A stretch of 63,847 nucleotides of DNA, filler included, from Reticulomyxa filosa (GCA_000512085.1; 18 parts of 18 records of this genome joined end to end with filler, not necessarily neighbours in it), one strand, 5' to 3'. Positions 12,227 to 26,424 are shown, counted from the whole stretch's first letter. Translations and numbers: made by a program. The notes: a model not told the origin generated them from the letters alone.

Positions 12227-13951
12227 TCACTGGCAAAAAGCCTGAACAATCCATCGAAAGTTGGTTTCGGGAATGACATGCATAATGCCCGTGACAGAGC
12301 GATCATTGGTTAGATGCGTGTTCAAATGTCTCAAATCGACCATAAAATCAAACACAATAATGTTTTCATGGACCAATTCGTTGGGTTCGTCGATAACCAT
12401 TACCGTTCCAAAGTCAGCTGTTTTTCCAATAGGAATAGGTTGACGTCCCCGTTTCCGTGCAGTTTTATTGGCCTCCAGTTCTGTTTGGGAGTCATCTGAG
12501 GAATCGGACTGTGCAAGATCGCGTTGTAAGCGGACAATTTGGACTTCGACGCTTTGAAATAAGCACTTCCACACTAAGATATCCTTCCACTCTTTTTCTT
12601 TGTTTATTTGGGAATGATACAGAGAATATTGATCCACAAACAATTCATTCCTGTTTAGATTGACTCCAGTCATATAAATCCAGTTGTTATAACGATTTTC
12701 TTCCGTAGTGCCTTTGTAAATTTATTTTTTATTTTTTTTTGGTTGTCAGCTTTCATATGTCATTTCAAACACTAATTCATCACGTATACCATATTACCTT
12801 GGAACAAACTTCTCGAGCCATCTTTAGGAAATATACACTTGCGTATTTCATGAATATAACACAAAGCAAAAGGAAGCTCTTCTTTTTGTGAAGAAAAAGG
12901 AACAATGTGGTTGACTTGTGGTTGCAAGCAATACATAAATTGTAATGCCCTTTCGATTTGCTGGGGTTTGACAGAGATGGGTACAACAGACTCCAAACTT
13001 GGTGGAGCAGTTTTTTTGCTGATTGGTGCTCCAGGGTTGTTCAAGTCAGAAGACACATTTTTTTGTTTGTTTTGCTTTTTGGCCTGATTTTGGAGTAGTT
13101 TAAGTGACTGTTGATCGAAAAATTGAGAAAAGTCATAAGCTTTCAAAAAATCAATTAAGTGATCATTTCGTATACTCTTTTTGTCCTCCATTGTAATGTG
13201 GAATAAGATATAATCACCATCTTGGATATCATTGGCACAAATCAAAAAATTTTGTGGCAAACTGACGAAACCAATCTATTTGATACTTTTTATTACCCAA
13301 TTCTTTCGCTTTGCTATTGATCACCATTGATCTGTCTATATACCCCTTTTGTAATCGATATAAAAAATAATCAGTATTATCTATCTTATTATTTGTGCCA
13401 TGGAATCCTTTCGCTTGTTTAAATGCAGCTGTATTCTCTGCTAACACTTTGGATTTGAATCTCTCGACTATTTGGTAATGTGATGCTATCTGAAATTTGT
13501 TATTTCTTTTGGTATTACACTTTTCCATTAATAATGGAACCTGCTGCGGTAGAGTGGGGCTTATGCTGCTGCTGCTGCTCTCTCCGCAATAATTTAACAC
13601 TGGATTTATATAGTAGTTCTTTAGATTCGATACATGTCCCATCCATTCTTTTTCTTCCTTCATTGCTTCTTTTGATAAGTAAAAGATGCGCTGATAGTCC
13701 ATATGCAAGTTTTTTTCATCTCCTTGCTCGCCTTCCATCAATACCTTCTGTGCTTCATATAGGGCATTACACTCTCGGATACATAATGATCTCCAAAACC
13801 AATCAGCTTTTATTGTCACCCTAGTTGCTCCGAGGCAACTATATCTTCGTAAACAACAGAGCAAATTTATGCAATCTTCTAATAAACTATACTCCACAAT
13901 TATTTGCAATAAAACTGGCTGCAAAATGGAATGTCGAATTTGTTTTTCCAT
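12227..13951 (-). CDS. F-box-like protein (frameshift near 13250, intron near 12712-12788)
   Basis: N-terminal LQPVLLQIIVEYSLLEDCINL...DWFWRSLC resembles an F-box. Three consecutive ORFs join via a T6 run and a GT-AG intron. Confidence 0.5.
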
Positions 13952-14283
13952 CTTTCAAATTTTCCTGTTTATGCACACAACAAACCTGCCCTTTCAACCC
14001 CGAACTCTGCACAGTCTAACTTTTAACTTTTTCCGAAAATATTACAGATTTTCATTGAAAGTCCACGTTAAGTTAGATTAAACACTTATCGATCATCATT
14101 ACGATTTTACATGCATTGCAATAACATAAATAATTAAAAGGCAGATTAAGGATTCTTAATTATTTTATATTATTACTACTTGTCATTAAAAAACTGCACA
14201 GTTTTGACTTGCGAACTAGCAAAGCTGTTATCATGACCAGTTTTAAAAGAGTGGAAAAAGTCTTTATATTCCTCCCCAGAAAT

Positions 14284-16559
14284 ATGGGTATTCAAAATCT
14301 TTTGAAGATTCTTTCGTCTATCACACACAACATTGATGTTGCCCGTTACAAAGGGGAAAGTGTTGGAGTAGACGGGTATTGTTGGTTGCACAAAGGAGCT
14401 TATTCATGTTGTTACGAGTTGTGCAACAATATACCCACGCGGAAGCATGTTGATTATTTTACGGACTTAGTCAGACTTCTGTTATATTATCAAATCAAAC
14501 CAATCATAGTTTTTGATGGATGTTATTTGCCCTCCAAGCAAAGTACTGAAAAAAACCGTGCGCAAAAACGAGAAGAAAATTTGAAGCTTGCACAAAGTTT
14601 GCAGCGGGAAGGGCGCAAGACTGACGCGCTCCAGTATTACGCCAAAGCTGTTGATATAACGCCTTATATGGCTTATCAATGCATACAAGTGAGTTTTTTT
14701 TTTCCCAAAAAATGAATAAACGAGAGGAGGGGGGGGGAGGGGGGAGGGATTGACAGGATGAATAGTTCTATGTGTTGGCAAATTTTGCGGATTTTAAAAG
14801 AAAAACAAAATTTACAAATTGTAATACGAGTGTCAACCAACATAAAAATATGTGAAAGAAAAAAAAAAAGAGGATAGGAGAGTTAAATAGTCTCCAACTA
14901 AAAAAATAAGACTTGATTTACATTAACACGGACAAATCGAATTGAGCATTGCTTTTTTTGTTGTTGTTGTTGTTGTGTGTTGTTTGTAAAAATGCTAAAC
15001 AAATCGGAATTACGACTGGAAAGGTATTGAAAGAATTAAAAGTAGAATATGTTGTTGCCCCTTATGAAGCCGACGCACAACTTGCGTATCTATATCGCAC
15101 CCACAAAATATCGGCCGTAATTTCAGAAGATTCTGATCTCTTAGTATTTGGTGTTGGAAAAGTTAAAGAAGAGCGTTTCTTGATTGGTTGCTTTTTTTTT
15201 TTTTTTGTCACATTTAAACTGTTTTTGTTTTTTTTTTTGGCAATAAAATATAAATGAAAGACATTGTTTAAATGGAAGCGGAATGATGGCAAAGGTGACG
15301 AAATTGTGTTGCAAGACCTCGGATCCAACCATTTACCAAAGTACTTTCGGCTGAAATATACACACAAAAACAGCAATTATATATGTATGTATATCATGAA
15401 AAAAAAAAATACAATAACAAAATGAAGGATTTGTTTTATTTGAAAGGTTTGTGAATTGGACCCACGACAAGTTTATGGACATGTGCATACTGAGCGGATG
15501 TGATTACTTAGAATCAATCCCTGGTTAGGAATTAAAAAAGCACATCAGTTAATCTCCAGTCGTGGAACTTATCAAAAAGTGATTCAACAATTGCGCTTTG
15601 AAGGCAAAGCCAAAATTCCCAACGACTACGCGGGCCGATTCCAAAAGGCTAAATGGACATTTTATCATCAAACAGTTTATGACAAAGATTTAAAACAACT
15701 GGTCCATTTGAATCCATTACCTGCGGAATTGCAAAACCAAGATATATCTTTTTTGGGACCGTATGTTTATGTTTGTGTTTGTGTCTATTTATTGTCATTG
15801 GATTTTGTTTGGTATATATATATCACAACGCAAATCATTGACAACAACAAAAAGTGACATTGACATGCTGTGTGTCTTGCTTTGACTGGGGTGCGAAAGT
15901 GCAGAATGTTTGAACATGAAATTGCACAAAAAATTGCCGAGGGCGTAATGGACCCCATTTCAAAGTGTCCTTTTGAAGACAAGTCCTCTGACCTCCACTT
16001 GTCTGTTCAAGGTAATCTTCAAAACAATGGTATGCTGACAACCCTCGCACAACATTACGGTCCAATGAAAAACATGAAACCACGTCAAACCAATTTCAAG
16101 CCAAAATACAAGCACAAACCTAAAGACAAACCGCAACAAAATACATTGTTCAATTATTGCATACGAAAAACAAATGACGGGTTAGCCAAATCCATGACAG
16201 AGCTTTCTCCCAATCAAGAAAAGAAAAACAAACACAATTCAAATGAGAATGTTTGTTCTGGCCAGCTTCCACCGTTCTCAGGAACAAGAACAGAACATCC
16301 CGAAAGTTTGCGGCAGTTGAAAGCAAACACCGAAACTGTTAACACAGACAATAACTCCAATCAAATTGACAAATCCATCATTTCAACGGAAACGAAGAGT
16401 TTAGACAAATATTCAAACTTGGTTATATATGTATATATGCTATGTATACGTATGAATTTCAACTTTGCAAAAAAAAAAAAAAAAAAAAAAGTGTCTTCGT
16501 GTTGAATCTTTCTTATTTTATTTTTTACCGTGTTAATAATCATATAGGCAATCTGTATA

Positions 16560-16597
<38 letters not shown>
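14284..16597 (+). CDS. EXO1: Exonuclease 1 (XPG/Rad2 family), multi-exon, 3'-partial
   Basis: MGIQNLL...[47 protein letters not shown] and [14 protein letters not shown](L)GIKKA (H3TH motif). One base is missing near 15525. Confidence 0.93.
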
Positions 16598-16744
16598 NNN
16601 NNNNNNNNNNNNNNNNNNNNNNNNNNNNNNNNNNNNNNNNNTTAATTAATTAANNNNNNNNNNNNNNNNNNNNNNNNNNNNNNNNNNNNNNNNNNNNAAA
16701 AAATTTGCCCTTTAATTGCTCTTTTCTTCTTAAAAAAAAAAAAA

Positions 16745-17068
16745 TTACTTCCAAAGTGGGTCAAAATATGGTCTTTTTTCTTCTCTTTTTTTTTTTTGGA
16801 AGTCGTCGGAGAAAAGTGTGCAAAATATCAATGGCCTCCAATCTTCTTTGCTGTTTTTGATAACTGTTCGATTCTTACCATTGTCAAGTGTTACGTCTTT
16901 TTCATCGTGATCAATGTCAATGCTTTCTTTGTGATTGAAGCACATTGAAAGAGAGTGTTCGCTTCGTGGAGAGGCTGCATTTGTATCGTCTTTCATAGGA
17001 CTTGTGGGAGCAGATGTATCGCCTCTATCACCATCTCCGTCCTGCTTTGCAATATTTTTTCCATTCAT
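16745..17068 (-). CDS. Hypothetical protein, first exon
   Basis: ATG-initiated 107-aa ORF with coding-like composition, running towards the contig edge. Confidence 0.4.
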   Translation of the reverse strand: MNGKNIAKQDGDGDRGDTSAPTSPMKDDTNAASPRSEHSLSMCFNHKESIDIDHDEKDVTLDNGKNRTVIKNSKEDWRPLIFCTLFSDDFQKKKREEKRPYFDPLWK

Positions 17069-19329
17069 AACAGCAAAATCAACTATTCTTTTCTGAAATG
17101 TGTAGAGGGCCTAAGCGCAAAAAGTCTTTTAGAACAATATACTAAAAATATGTTCGTGTATCTTCTGTTTGTATTTATTGATTAATAAGACAAATTATTA
17201 GCAAATATGTATTCTTTTTCCAAAAATTGTTATTACTAGTATATTTAGTCATTAATAGAAAATATTTCGTGGCGAACTAGATTTAGTGGCTGTTGTAAAG
17301 CAATCTCGTTTTTATCTTTCTCATATTTATCTGTTCTATTGTGTGCTGTTGTATATCAACCGTTTACTTTAACATAAAATATTTACATTTCAATTTTTGG
17401 ATAACCGTATCGTATTTGTTGACATTATACCGCAACAAATTAAAAATCTAGATATTTGCATGTTGTAGCCTCATTTTGGTTTTTTATAAAATCTTTACTA
17501 ATTATTTCAATATTTTATACTTTATTTTTTTTTAGCTAAATGCAATTCGATATTTGAGTTTATTAATTTTTTTTAAATGACTAAATGATTTGAGAATTTT
17601 AACAAAAGACTTGATGTTGATCTGTTGAGTCATTACTGGAGTTTGTGCAAAGTTGCAAAAAAATTTTGTGTAAGTCATGAATGTGTGTGTAAATTGAAGC
17701 TGGCGTTCAATCATAAAAACATCAAAAGTTGTTGGTATAAGCATAATCTTGTAGTCTTGCTTTGTAGTGTTATGACCTGTTTATGAATATAACATTAATT
17801 GATATGTCAATTCATATGTTTACAAAGAAATTCTATGTGATGAAATGCTCAAAAAGCATTAATTGGTATTTAGAATATAATGATTATAATGCTATCAAAG
17901 TATTGAATTTCAATATAAATTCTCCAGACATAAACCAAATCGAAAATCTGAATGTTCTATTTTTAATATTTTTGTTTTCAATATCTACCACAAATCAAAA
18001 GAAGAACTTTAGAAACAATTTGAATTATAATTGGAAAAAATTGATAAAAAAACATGCACAAACTTAACAAAGGCAATGCAATATAGAATCAAACAGTATA
18101 TAATGCAAAAATTGAGTTAACCAAATGGTAATTTTCACTAAAAACAATCTTACCACAAAAAAAATTTTAGTTTTCATGCTTTTGAATTAACTGTTTGTCA
18201 TTGGACAAAAAAAAGCAAAAAAACCAATGTAAGTAAAGACAAAGCAAACAGTAGTCAAAAGCAATCATGCTTTCACAATGTACAAACTTTGAAAATAACA
18301 TTAAATTCTGCAAAAAATTTTTTTGTTAACAAAAAATTGAGTTTTTTCAAAAACTACGCAACGTAGAAGACTAATTTTTTTTTACAAATATCTACGCATT
18401 TAGAACTTTCTGAAAATGCTTTAAAAAAGTTGGTAAATTTCATGGTTATGACACAGTCACGATTGTCAACTTTATTTTACATTTTATGTAAATGTAGGCA
18501 ATATTTAACTGATGTCAAATCATCACAATGCGGATCCACATCTATCAATACAAGCCACATGGCCGGCAATAGATAAGTTGCACTAACTGTAGTTGCCACC
18601 ACATTATCTATATGAGTGGATACTTTTACTTACAGAATTGTTGATACATTTGACTCAAAAAGATGCGAATACTTAAATCTTTTCTGGCCTACATGTGCGT
18701 GCACAAAACATTCTAAGATGTAATAATAAAGGAGCCTAATTAGAAAACGTTGCAGTGACAAGATAATAACATTACCATCATTATGTAATAAACTCAGCAA
18801 TCAATACAAATCAAATCCAAAAAAAAAGTTAACATCAACAACAAAAAAAAGGTCTTTAAAAAAAACCAATAAAAGGATAGAAAATAAATTCGCAGCAATT
18901 GCAAGGGGGACATAAATGTCCACAAATCAAGAAGAAAAATAAATAAACAAAGTAAAAAAGGAGCCATTACACCACATACGAATAATCGATTGATCGGTCA
19001 GTATTCCAATTAATAGCAACAGATAAACTATTAAAAGACAAGTCATTTGCAATTGATAAAAAACATGACTAGATTGTAAATAAATGAAATAATAACTTTC
19101 AAGCCATACGGAATGTATTCATAACGGCAATCGCAGCCAAATGATATGTAGGCATCATAATACAATAAATGTTTCTCAACATATTGTGTAGTTTTAAATA
19201 TCATTTTGGTTTTTTATTAAGTCTTTCAANNNNNNNNNNNNNNNNNNNNNNNNNNNNNNNNNNNNNNNNNNNNTTAATTAATTAANNNNNNNNNNNNNNN
19301 NNNNNNNNNNNNNNNNNNNNNNNNNNNNN

Positions 19330-20316
19330 AGCTGATTGGATAATGTTTCCAATATGCGTCGTTTTGTCCATTTGCCATTCATCAAGGCACAGCGTAATCA
19401 CACAATCTAATTTGTTTGTTTGTTTGCTTATTTTTTGACAAAAAAAAATAGAAATAAAAAAAAAAAAGAATTTAACATTGCAGTATTGGACAAAGCAGCA
19501 AGCGAACTTTGACAATATTTTTTGGACATGAAGTTGGAATTTGCAAAAGTTTGAATTGGGACACATGTATTAGACAGCGAAACGTTGAAAATAAATTTGC
19601 CAGATAGTATTGATGGCTGCATTCTTCTTTGTCGCGACGTTGTACCAAACACAACTGATCACAGACAATGTCTCCAATCAATACTCGCTTCTGAATGTTG
19701 GACGCTGTATTAGATGGTGGAGTGCTTATCATTACATCCGATTTGCAATTTCTCAATACACTGTTATTTTTATATTTTTTTATAAATGATATACACAATA
19801 CATCATCACATTTACTTTATTGTGATATACGTAAACTTCCTCTTTTCATGAACATTTTTTTTTAATTTAGTCTTTCCATCCATGTTATGTACCTGAGTAT
19901 TGCTGCTTTGATTTTCAATTTGTGCGTATTCTGTGTTATACTAGAAGTGGATCTGAAATTATTCATTGACAATGTTTTTGTGTGCAAATTATTACTGGAC
20001 TGCTTTGTATTATTAACAAAAGTGCTTTGGAGAATACGTATAATGTTATTTTTGATTGCATCGATTCTTTGCTAGAAATTTGCACTGATGCTCTTGCAAT
20101 GTTATTGTAAAATGTTAGATATTTTGCACATTTCCATATATAGTTGGCCGAGTGATTGAGTAACGTATAACGTGACATTATTATTATGTTTATATTGATG
20201 TGCTGATCGAAGTGTGTTTGTCCGTTTGTCCCGCTTGTATTGATCTTACTTGAAGTTAGCAGCAGCACGAATGCATTTATTACAAGCAGAGCCACCAACA
20301 CCAACGGAGATTTCAT
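19330..20316 (-). pseudogene. Disrupted type-II membrane protein gene (possibly glycosyltransferase-like)
   Basis: N-terminal anchor MKSPLVLVALLVINAFVLLLTSS is followed by several broken frames (VYVYHNK, YWRHCL). Confidence 0.35.
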
Positions 20317-21097
20317 TCTACTGCTTAAATAACTAAGCTCTTCACTCAACATTTTCTTCTCAGTTTGTCCCCTCCACTTTTACTAAGCAAACTGAAACGG
20401 AAGGACGTTCGATGAGAAATAAAGGCATTTTAAGGCAAAAATAAGAAAAATTTTATGGCAAATGAATGTATTTGTGAAATTATTCAAGTTGATTGAAAAT
20501 GCGATTTGTTTTGTTTTGTGTCTTTTTCTATCAAAAAATTATTTTNNNNNNNNNNNNNNNNNNNNNNNNNNNNNNNNNNNNNNNNNNNNTTAATTAATTA
20601 ANNNNNNNNNNNNNNNNNNNNNNNNNNNNNNNNNNNNNNNNNNNNGACCGCGATCAGTATTTTTGCAATAAAATTTACACTATAATGAAACCTTACCTAA
20701 AAAAAAATTTTTTTTTGATGTGCTTTTGTTGTGGCCTTTGTAATAAATAGTGTATTGTTTGTTTGTTTTACAAAGTGCAAAAAATTTGTGAAAAGAATGT
20801 AAAATATGATGCGATATTAAATTTTTTTTTGATTGAATTAATTAGTGGTTTTTTAATGTAGTAGTTATGTTTTTGTTTGTTTTTTTGTTAGATAATTCAG
20901 TTGTTAATTATATTTAGATTAAATTATTATTTTTCAATGTAGTTGTGCTTGCTGTTAGTGTTTTGATTGCTTTAATTTTTTATTGTTTGTTATTTATTCT
21001 GTGTTTTTTCCTTTTTTTTATCGTTTAGTTTACATTATTATGTTATTGTTTTATTTGTCATAAGTATATACACATAACAATGACAAATGATGTTTTT

Positions 21098-24000
21098 TTA
21101 AAGCGAGTAACTACGAAGATGATATTTGTCTTAAACGACCTAGTGTGGTTGCATAAGTAGTAGTCTTATGAATAATATTACTTTTGTAAGATGTAGTGGG
21201 GACGACTGCAATTAGTGTATCATATGCGTTGAAAGCGACAAGCACTACAATTTTGATCTTTGTACTTCAATTTGGGCAATCGCGCAGCTATGCTAATGAT
21301 TATTCATTTTTGTCTTTGTTACTCAAATATGTTTCTACAAAAGTTTTCTTTTAAAGTACTTTTTTATTTTTTTATTTTATGATTATTTCTTTGGACTATT
21401 GCGTAACCAGAAAAATATTGAATGTTTGACTATTTGTTCTGCGCACAACCAAAGAACATGTGAATTCCATGCTGTTGATAGAAGCGATATTAATGGAATA
21501 TTAGTTGAACTGCTAATGCTACTGATCAATGCTGGATAGATATCCATAGGCGCAACGGTTTTGAAGATTTGAAAGTTTCAAAATTGATACAGATTTAATT
21601 GCTGAGTGTTCATGTTTGCAAAGTTAGGCGTGCTATCTTCGATTATATGGATAATCCCTCTTTTGCGACTCCTGGCAATGATCCGAACACTATGTTGCTG
21701 TCAATGCCATTATTGTTTCTGGAGCTGCTGATTACATGTTCATGCATCCCATATTGCATTTTCACTCTCTGCTGTTGGCCGTGTTTGGTTTTATAAAGTT
21801 CAATAGGGCGCTTATCAAAAACGGCACGTGTTGATTGACATTCGACATCATACCAATCCCTCCCAATGCGTTCATTGAGACTGTGCTCGCGTTGCTCGTT
21901 GCGGTATACACGAGCGAGATCATTTGCAACGCTCCGTTGGCTCCTTGTTGCAAAGGATTGACGACTTGACAAGTACAATGAGTCTTGCCATCTTTCAATG
22001 CTCGCATGATGCACGTGGAAATACGCCGGTTTTTACCTTCGAAAAACATTTTATTTAATTACTCTGCGACCGCTGCACGTTGGTCTCTCAATTACTGCTT
22101 TTTTTTTACAAACATTACATTGCATTGCATTAAATATTATAGTATATTATATTTGATCCCTCTCGCAACGGCTTTCTCGTCAAAGCGCCAGTGCTAAATT
22201 CGCGCCGACAAACACTCCACAATATACGCTCCAAATGCATGGACCAAATGTCAAATTTTTCATAACTACCCAAATCTTCAATACATGTAGTGATTTACCA
22301 CAAATTCGATGTCTTTTTCGTCGTACCATGTAATGTTGAACTGCTCCAGAAATTGCTTGTACTACAATACATGTCTGCTGTATTTTGCAACGGCTCTAAT
22401 CGCGCCAATTCAAGATGACATCGATAGTATTTCGCCGTTAAGCGCTCTCCACAACTCATACATACAGACTATTGCTTTTGATTTCTTCGACTCATACTCT
22501 TGCACCACGTACATATCCTAATTTCTCCAGCTGCGGTGACAAAAGAGTGATGGAAAACATATATGAGTATAGGGGCACGTGAAGATCGCAAATTGTGATT
22601 TTTTTAGAATAGAATGTGTCCCATCCAAGATGATGATCGACATGGAGTGATTGGTCTGGCTTCAATACTCGCTTGTAGTCCAAAAGTAGCACAAAGTTGC
22701 CCAAAATGATTTCCAATGCATTGCACGTGAATGACTGGAGCTTCTGCACATCTTGCAACACCAATGAATAAAAGTATTGCACAACTTCTTGACTCGGAGC
22801 AACATTGGATCGCAGGTCTGCATAAAACAATGCTGTTGCCATCAATTGATATCTCCAATAGGTAAATGGATTCTTTTTATTTGAGATCTCTCTCTGCTTA
22901 TTTGCTCTCATCCTTATCCTTTTTCAGTTGCCACCTTTGGCAATTTGCATTAACTATTGTGACGAAACCTCGAGATCTTGATTTATACGGTTCATCGCTT
23001 CGATGACTTCGTCTTTGCAAGTTTCTTGATTTTATTTTATTTTATTTTAATTTTTCTACAAAAAAATATAAGTAACTGTCTTGACAGAACATATCTGCGA
23101 AGAAGATGAAGATCTGTTCCAAGTGCAATCAAAAGTTACTCAAAGTACGAGATATGATGATAGTGTGTAAAGTAGCATCGCGAACCTGGTGGAAGATGGC
23201 GTCCTGTCCGACGTAGGTTTTGGCAATAGCAAGGATCAACTTTTTGACATCCGTAGTGAATGTATTTTGGTGGAATAAGAAGTAGATGCGTTTTAATGTG
23301 AGTGCATGTTCCTGCTTGACGTATACCACTCGTTCGTTATTGCGCATGCCGTAAGACAGTCTTCAATCAACGACTTGCACTTGTGACCAAAGCACTTACC
23401 ACGTCCTAGTTCATGGCATCTTGATTTAGCAGCACTTGCGACAATTGATTTACGAATGTTAGCACTTTGCTTAATCCAAGGAACTCTCGATTAATTCAAT
23501 CTTTAATCTCCTCTTTTTCTTTGCTTTTCTTCTCTTCCGTTGGTCATTCTTGACTAGTCTCACTGAATTGCAACAACTTCGCATACAGGCAAATGATCAG
23601 TCTGGTCAGAGATATTCGCAGCGACACCTTTTAATCTTGGGCGTCAGTGGAGGGACTGTGCAAGACATTGCGAATCTGCGCGAGACAACCAGAGCAGGTT
23701 GCATCTCATCTTTTGGAAAGTAATACCAACATAACAAACTGGTTGTTGCATTCTTGGATGTAAACAAAGGCTTTCTTTTGACAACTTGCAACTACTGCGC
23801 ATATGTGTCGACGTCAAAGTCGCCCAAGTGTCCCACAATTTGATGGATCAAGCGCACGTACAAAGACAGATCGCGAGATGATAGCAACGTGGTAGATGTA
23901 AAAATATCTTCGTTGCTGTCGATAAAAGCATTGAGCTTGTCAATGTGTTGAGCTAACACATCGTCGATGAATTGTTACAAGTCCTTTGTAGTTTCGATAG

Positions 24001-25721
24001 TAGGCCCAGTCCATGGCAATTGCAAGTCGGGTTTCCAAAAGCGTTGAAACCCTTTCATTCCAACTTCCACAAACATGCCCCAAGTCTGCCAATGTTTCCA
24101 CCTTGTCGTTTGCTCCTCACTGCAAATAGCTCGATTCCGCAATACAGATGAAAATGGATGCACTTTGCTGGATCTATCATTCATCAACGAGACCGACACA
24201 CTTTCAAACAGACGCTCACCAAAGTTTTAAATTTCAAGTGACTTAGCACCACTAACCAAAGTGATGACAACTCCGAGCAATGACATGTAAGATATGAGAT
24301 TGTGATTTCCGTTGGACACAAGCACATCCGACACTTCCAAGTGATACAACAACACAGTCTTGGACCCTTTTCGTTTTAACTCATTTGTTTCGTATTCGCG
24401 CATTGTGCCATTGGTGCCAATGGAAAACCAAGAGTTGGTAATGTTCTGTCCTTGCTTCGTCTCAATCACTTTTTTGACGAGTTTGGCGAGCAATTGCGAT
24501 ATCGCAAGTTGTGGATTAGCACTTGTCATAGTGCCACATAAGACGCTACCAAACGACCCGCATTGCGGCGTGCTGCACACAACGTTGATCACTTTGGTGG
24601 CGCATTCTTTGAACAGTCGCCAGACTTAACGCAAACCAAAAGGTGATTCATACACTGTCGAAACACTTGAACAATGGCTTTGTATTTCATTCACGTGCGA
24701 CTTGTCAGTGTCGTCACTGTGGCGGACTTTAATCCAAATGCTTGTAATCGACTCATAAGTGCACCTTGGCGTTTCTCCTTCTCCGCCTCGGCGCTCTCGT
24801 TGGCGTTGGCAATGTCTTGGATAAACGACACGATCTTGTCCACAAATGCCAGCGCAAAGGCGTCCAACATTTGAGTCACCTCTTTTCGCACGTTGTCAAT
24901 TTCTGGCCAATCAATGTTGTCTTTGTTGCTATCGTATTTGATATCATTCACCAAATCCCCAACAACAACAGCAACGTCGACATCAATACCGTCACTATGA
25001 CGACTATCCTTGGACGAAGCAAAAGAGATAGTAGTGAGTAAGAACACCTTTCCGAAGATGCGCGATAACAGAGCCAGAGTTTGAATGATCTGGTTCGTCA
25101 ATGAGGCGTCGATGCCAAAGGTGATTGTCTGCAGAAGCCGCGGCAAGTGCGAGCTGAACTAGAGTCCCAAGTGCGGATTGAACAGTTTCATATGCACGGC
25201 AATGAAGACTTCGACGCCGATGAGCAGACGATGTGACTGACTCAACGCCATCAGACAGTCGTGAATTTTGTACAATAATTTGCGTAGCCATAGCTTTGAT
25301 AAACATAATAATGCCAATTCTACTGAACTTGGCCTAGTGATCTTGGAGTGGATTCACTACTTGACATGGCAACAACGTGTCTACCAATTGGTCGTCGGTC
25401 TTCAATCGTTGCGACGGGGTCACCTCGCGATACAATGGATGCTTTGTGTCTACCAACACATGCCATCGAAAAGCACTCAGCATGTCCATAGCCGAGGAGT
25501 AGTACCAATCAAATGGATTCAAGCATGGTAGCAGTTCGTCCAGCATCTCTTTTAATGACGATCGTTCAAGTAGTATCTTCGCAAAAACACAATTGTATTT
25601 TTTCTTATCTTAAAAAAAAATTATACCTTGCTTTGGAAATTAGCATAAACAATTTGACTCCATGCTTATTGACAGTGGAAGTAACGTCAAGTGGTGTTTT
25701 GCCAATGACTATGGTCAGATT
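21098..25721 (-). pseudogene. PSME4: Proteasome activator PA200/Blm10 (PSME4) pseudogene, near full length
   Basis: Collinear fragments resemble PSME4 as recalled: EMLDELLPCLNPFD; LPRLLQTITFGIDAS; DAFALAFVDKIVSFIQ; LLYHLEV..VLVSNG..LISY; WQTWG...LQLPWTGP; YWRYQLMATALF..LRS..PSQEVVQYF..LQD; and a C-terminal SY-x-stop remnant near 21100. Many stops and frameshifts. Confidence 0.8.
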
Positions 25722-26040
25722 ATCCAGATAATATTGTATTTAATAATTCGTTTGATCCACATTTTACACTATAAATCCAATTTTCATGTCCTTTAAATAA
25801 TTAATTGTTTAGTTGTTTCAATATCATATTCGAATAGTTTTATCAAATGATCCAGAACAAATTGTATCTAATTATATTATTATTATCATTGTTATTATTG
25901 ATTTGTATGGTAAAATATCAACACACCAAACATAATTTTCATGTCTATTGAAAATATGTAATGATGTTGATGCTTCAACGTCCTATAAACGAATAGTTTT
26001 GTCACCAGATCCAAAACACAAATATCTACCACCATTAAAT
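25722..26040 (-). pseudogene. Decayed WD40-repeat family fragment
   Basis: FNGGRYLCFGSGDKTIRL*DVE...HENYVWCVDI...TICSGSFDKTIRI* with stops. Paralogous to 60816-61050. Confidence 0.85.
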
Positions 26041-26176
26041 NNNNNNNNNNNNNNNNNNNNNNNNNNNNNNNNNNNNNNNNNNNNTTAATTAATTAANNNN
26101 NNNNNNNNNNNNNNNNNNNNNNNNNNNNNNNNNNNNNNNNCTTTTTTTTTTTTTAATTTAAAAAAAAAAAAAAAAG

Positions 26177-26424
26177 ACGAAGCTACTAGTGCTTTAGATA
26201 GCGAATCCGAAAGACTTGTAGATGAGGCTTTGAAACGGTTGATGGAGGGGAGGACTGTTTTGCTCATTGCACACAGACTGTCCACTGTCAAATCTGCACA
26301 GCAAATAATTGTGCTGAATAAAGGCCAAATCATCGAAAGGGGCACTCATGAGGAATTAATGCAATTAAATGGTTTTTATGCTTTTTTGTTTGATCGACAA
26401 ATGCAATTCACTGATGTTTTATAA
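26177..26424 (+). CDS. ABC transporter subfamily B (MDR/TAP-type) nucleotide-binding domain, last exon
   Basis: [12 protein letters not shown] (Walker B/D-loop), IAHRLSTV (H-loop), GTHEELM. Confidence 0.9.

Noticed and set aside
18500-19229. Decayed membrane-protein-like frames on the minus strand
   Set aside because: Too degenerate to assign to a family.
21955-25365. Shared CQVVNPLQ peptide in two ORFs as an internal repeat
   Set aside because: A short match in frames of a frameshifted pseudogene; likely coincidence.
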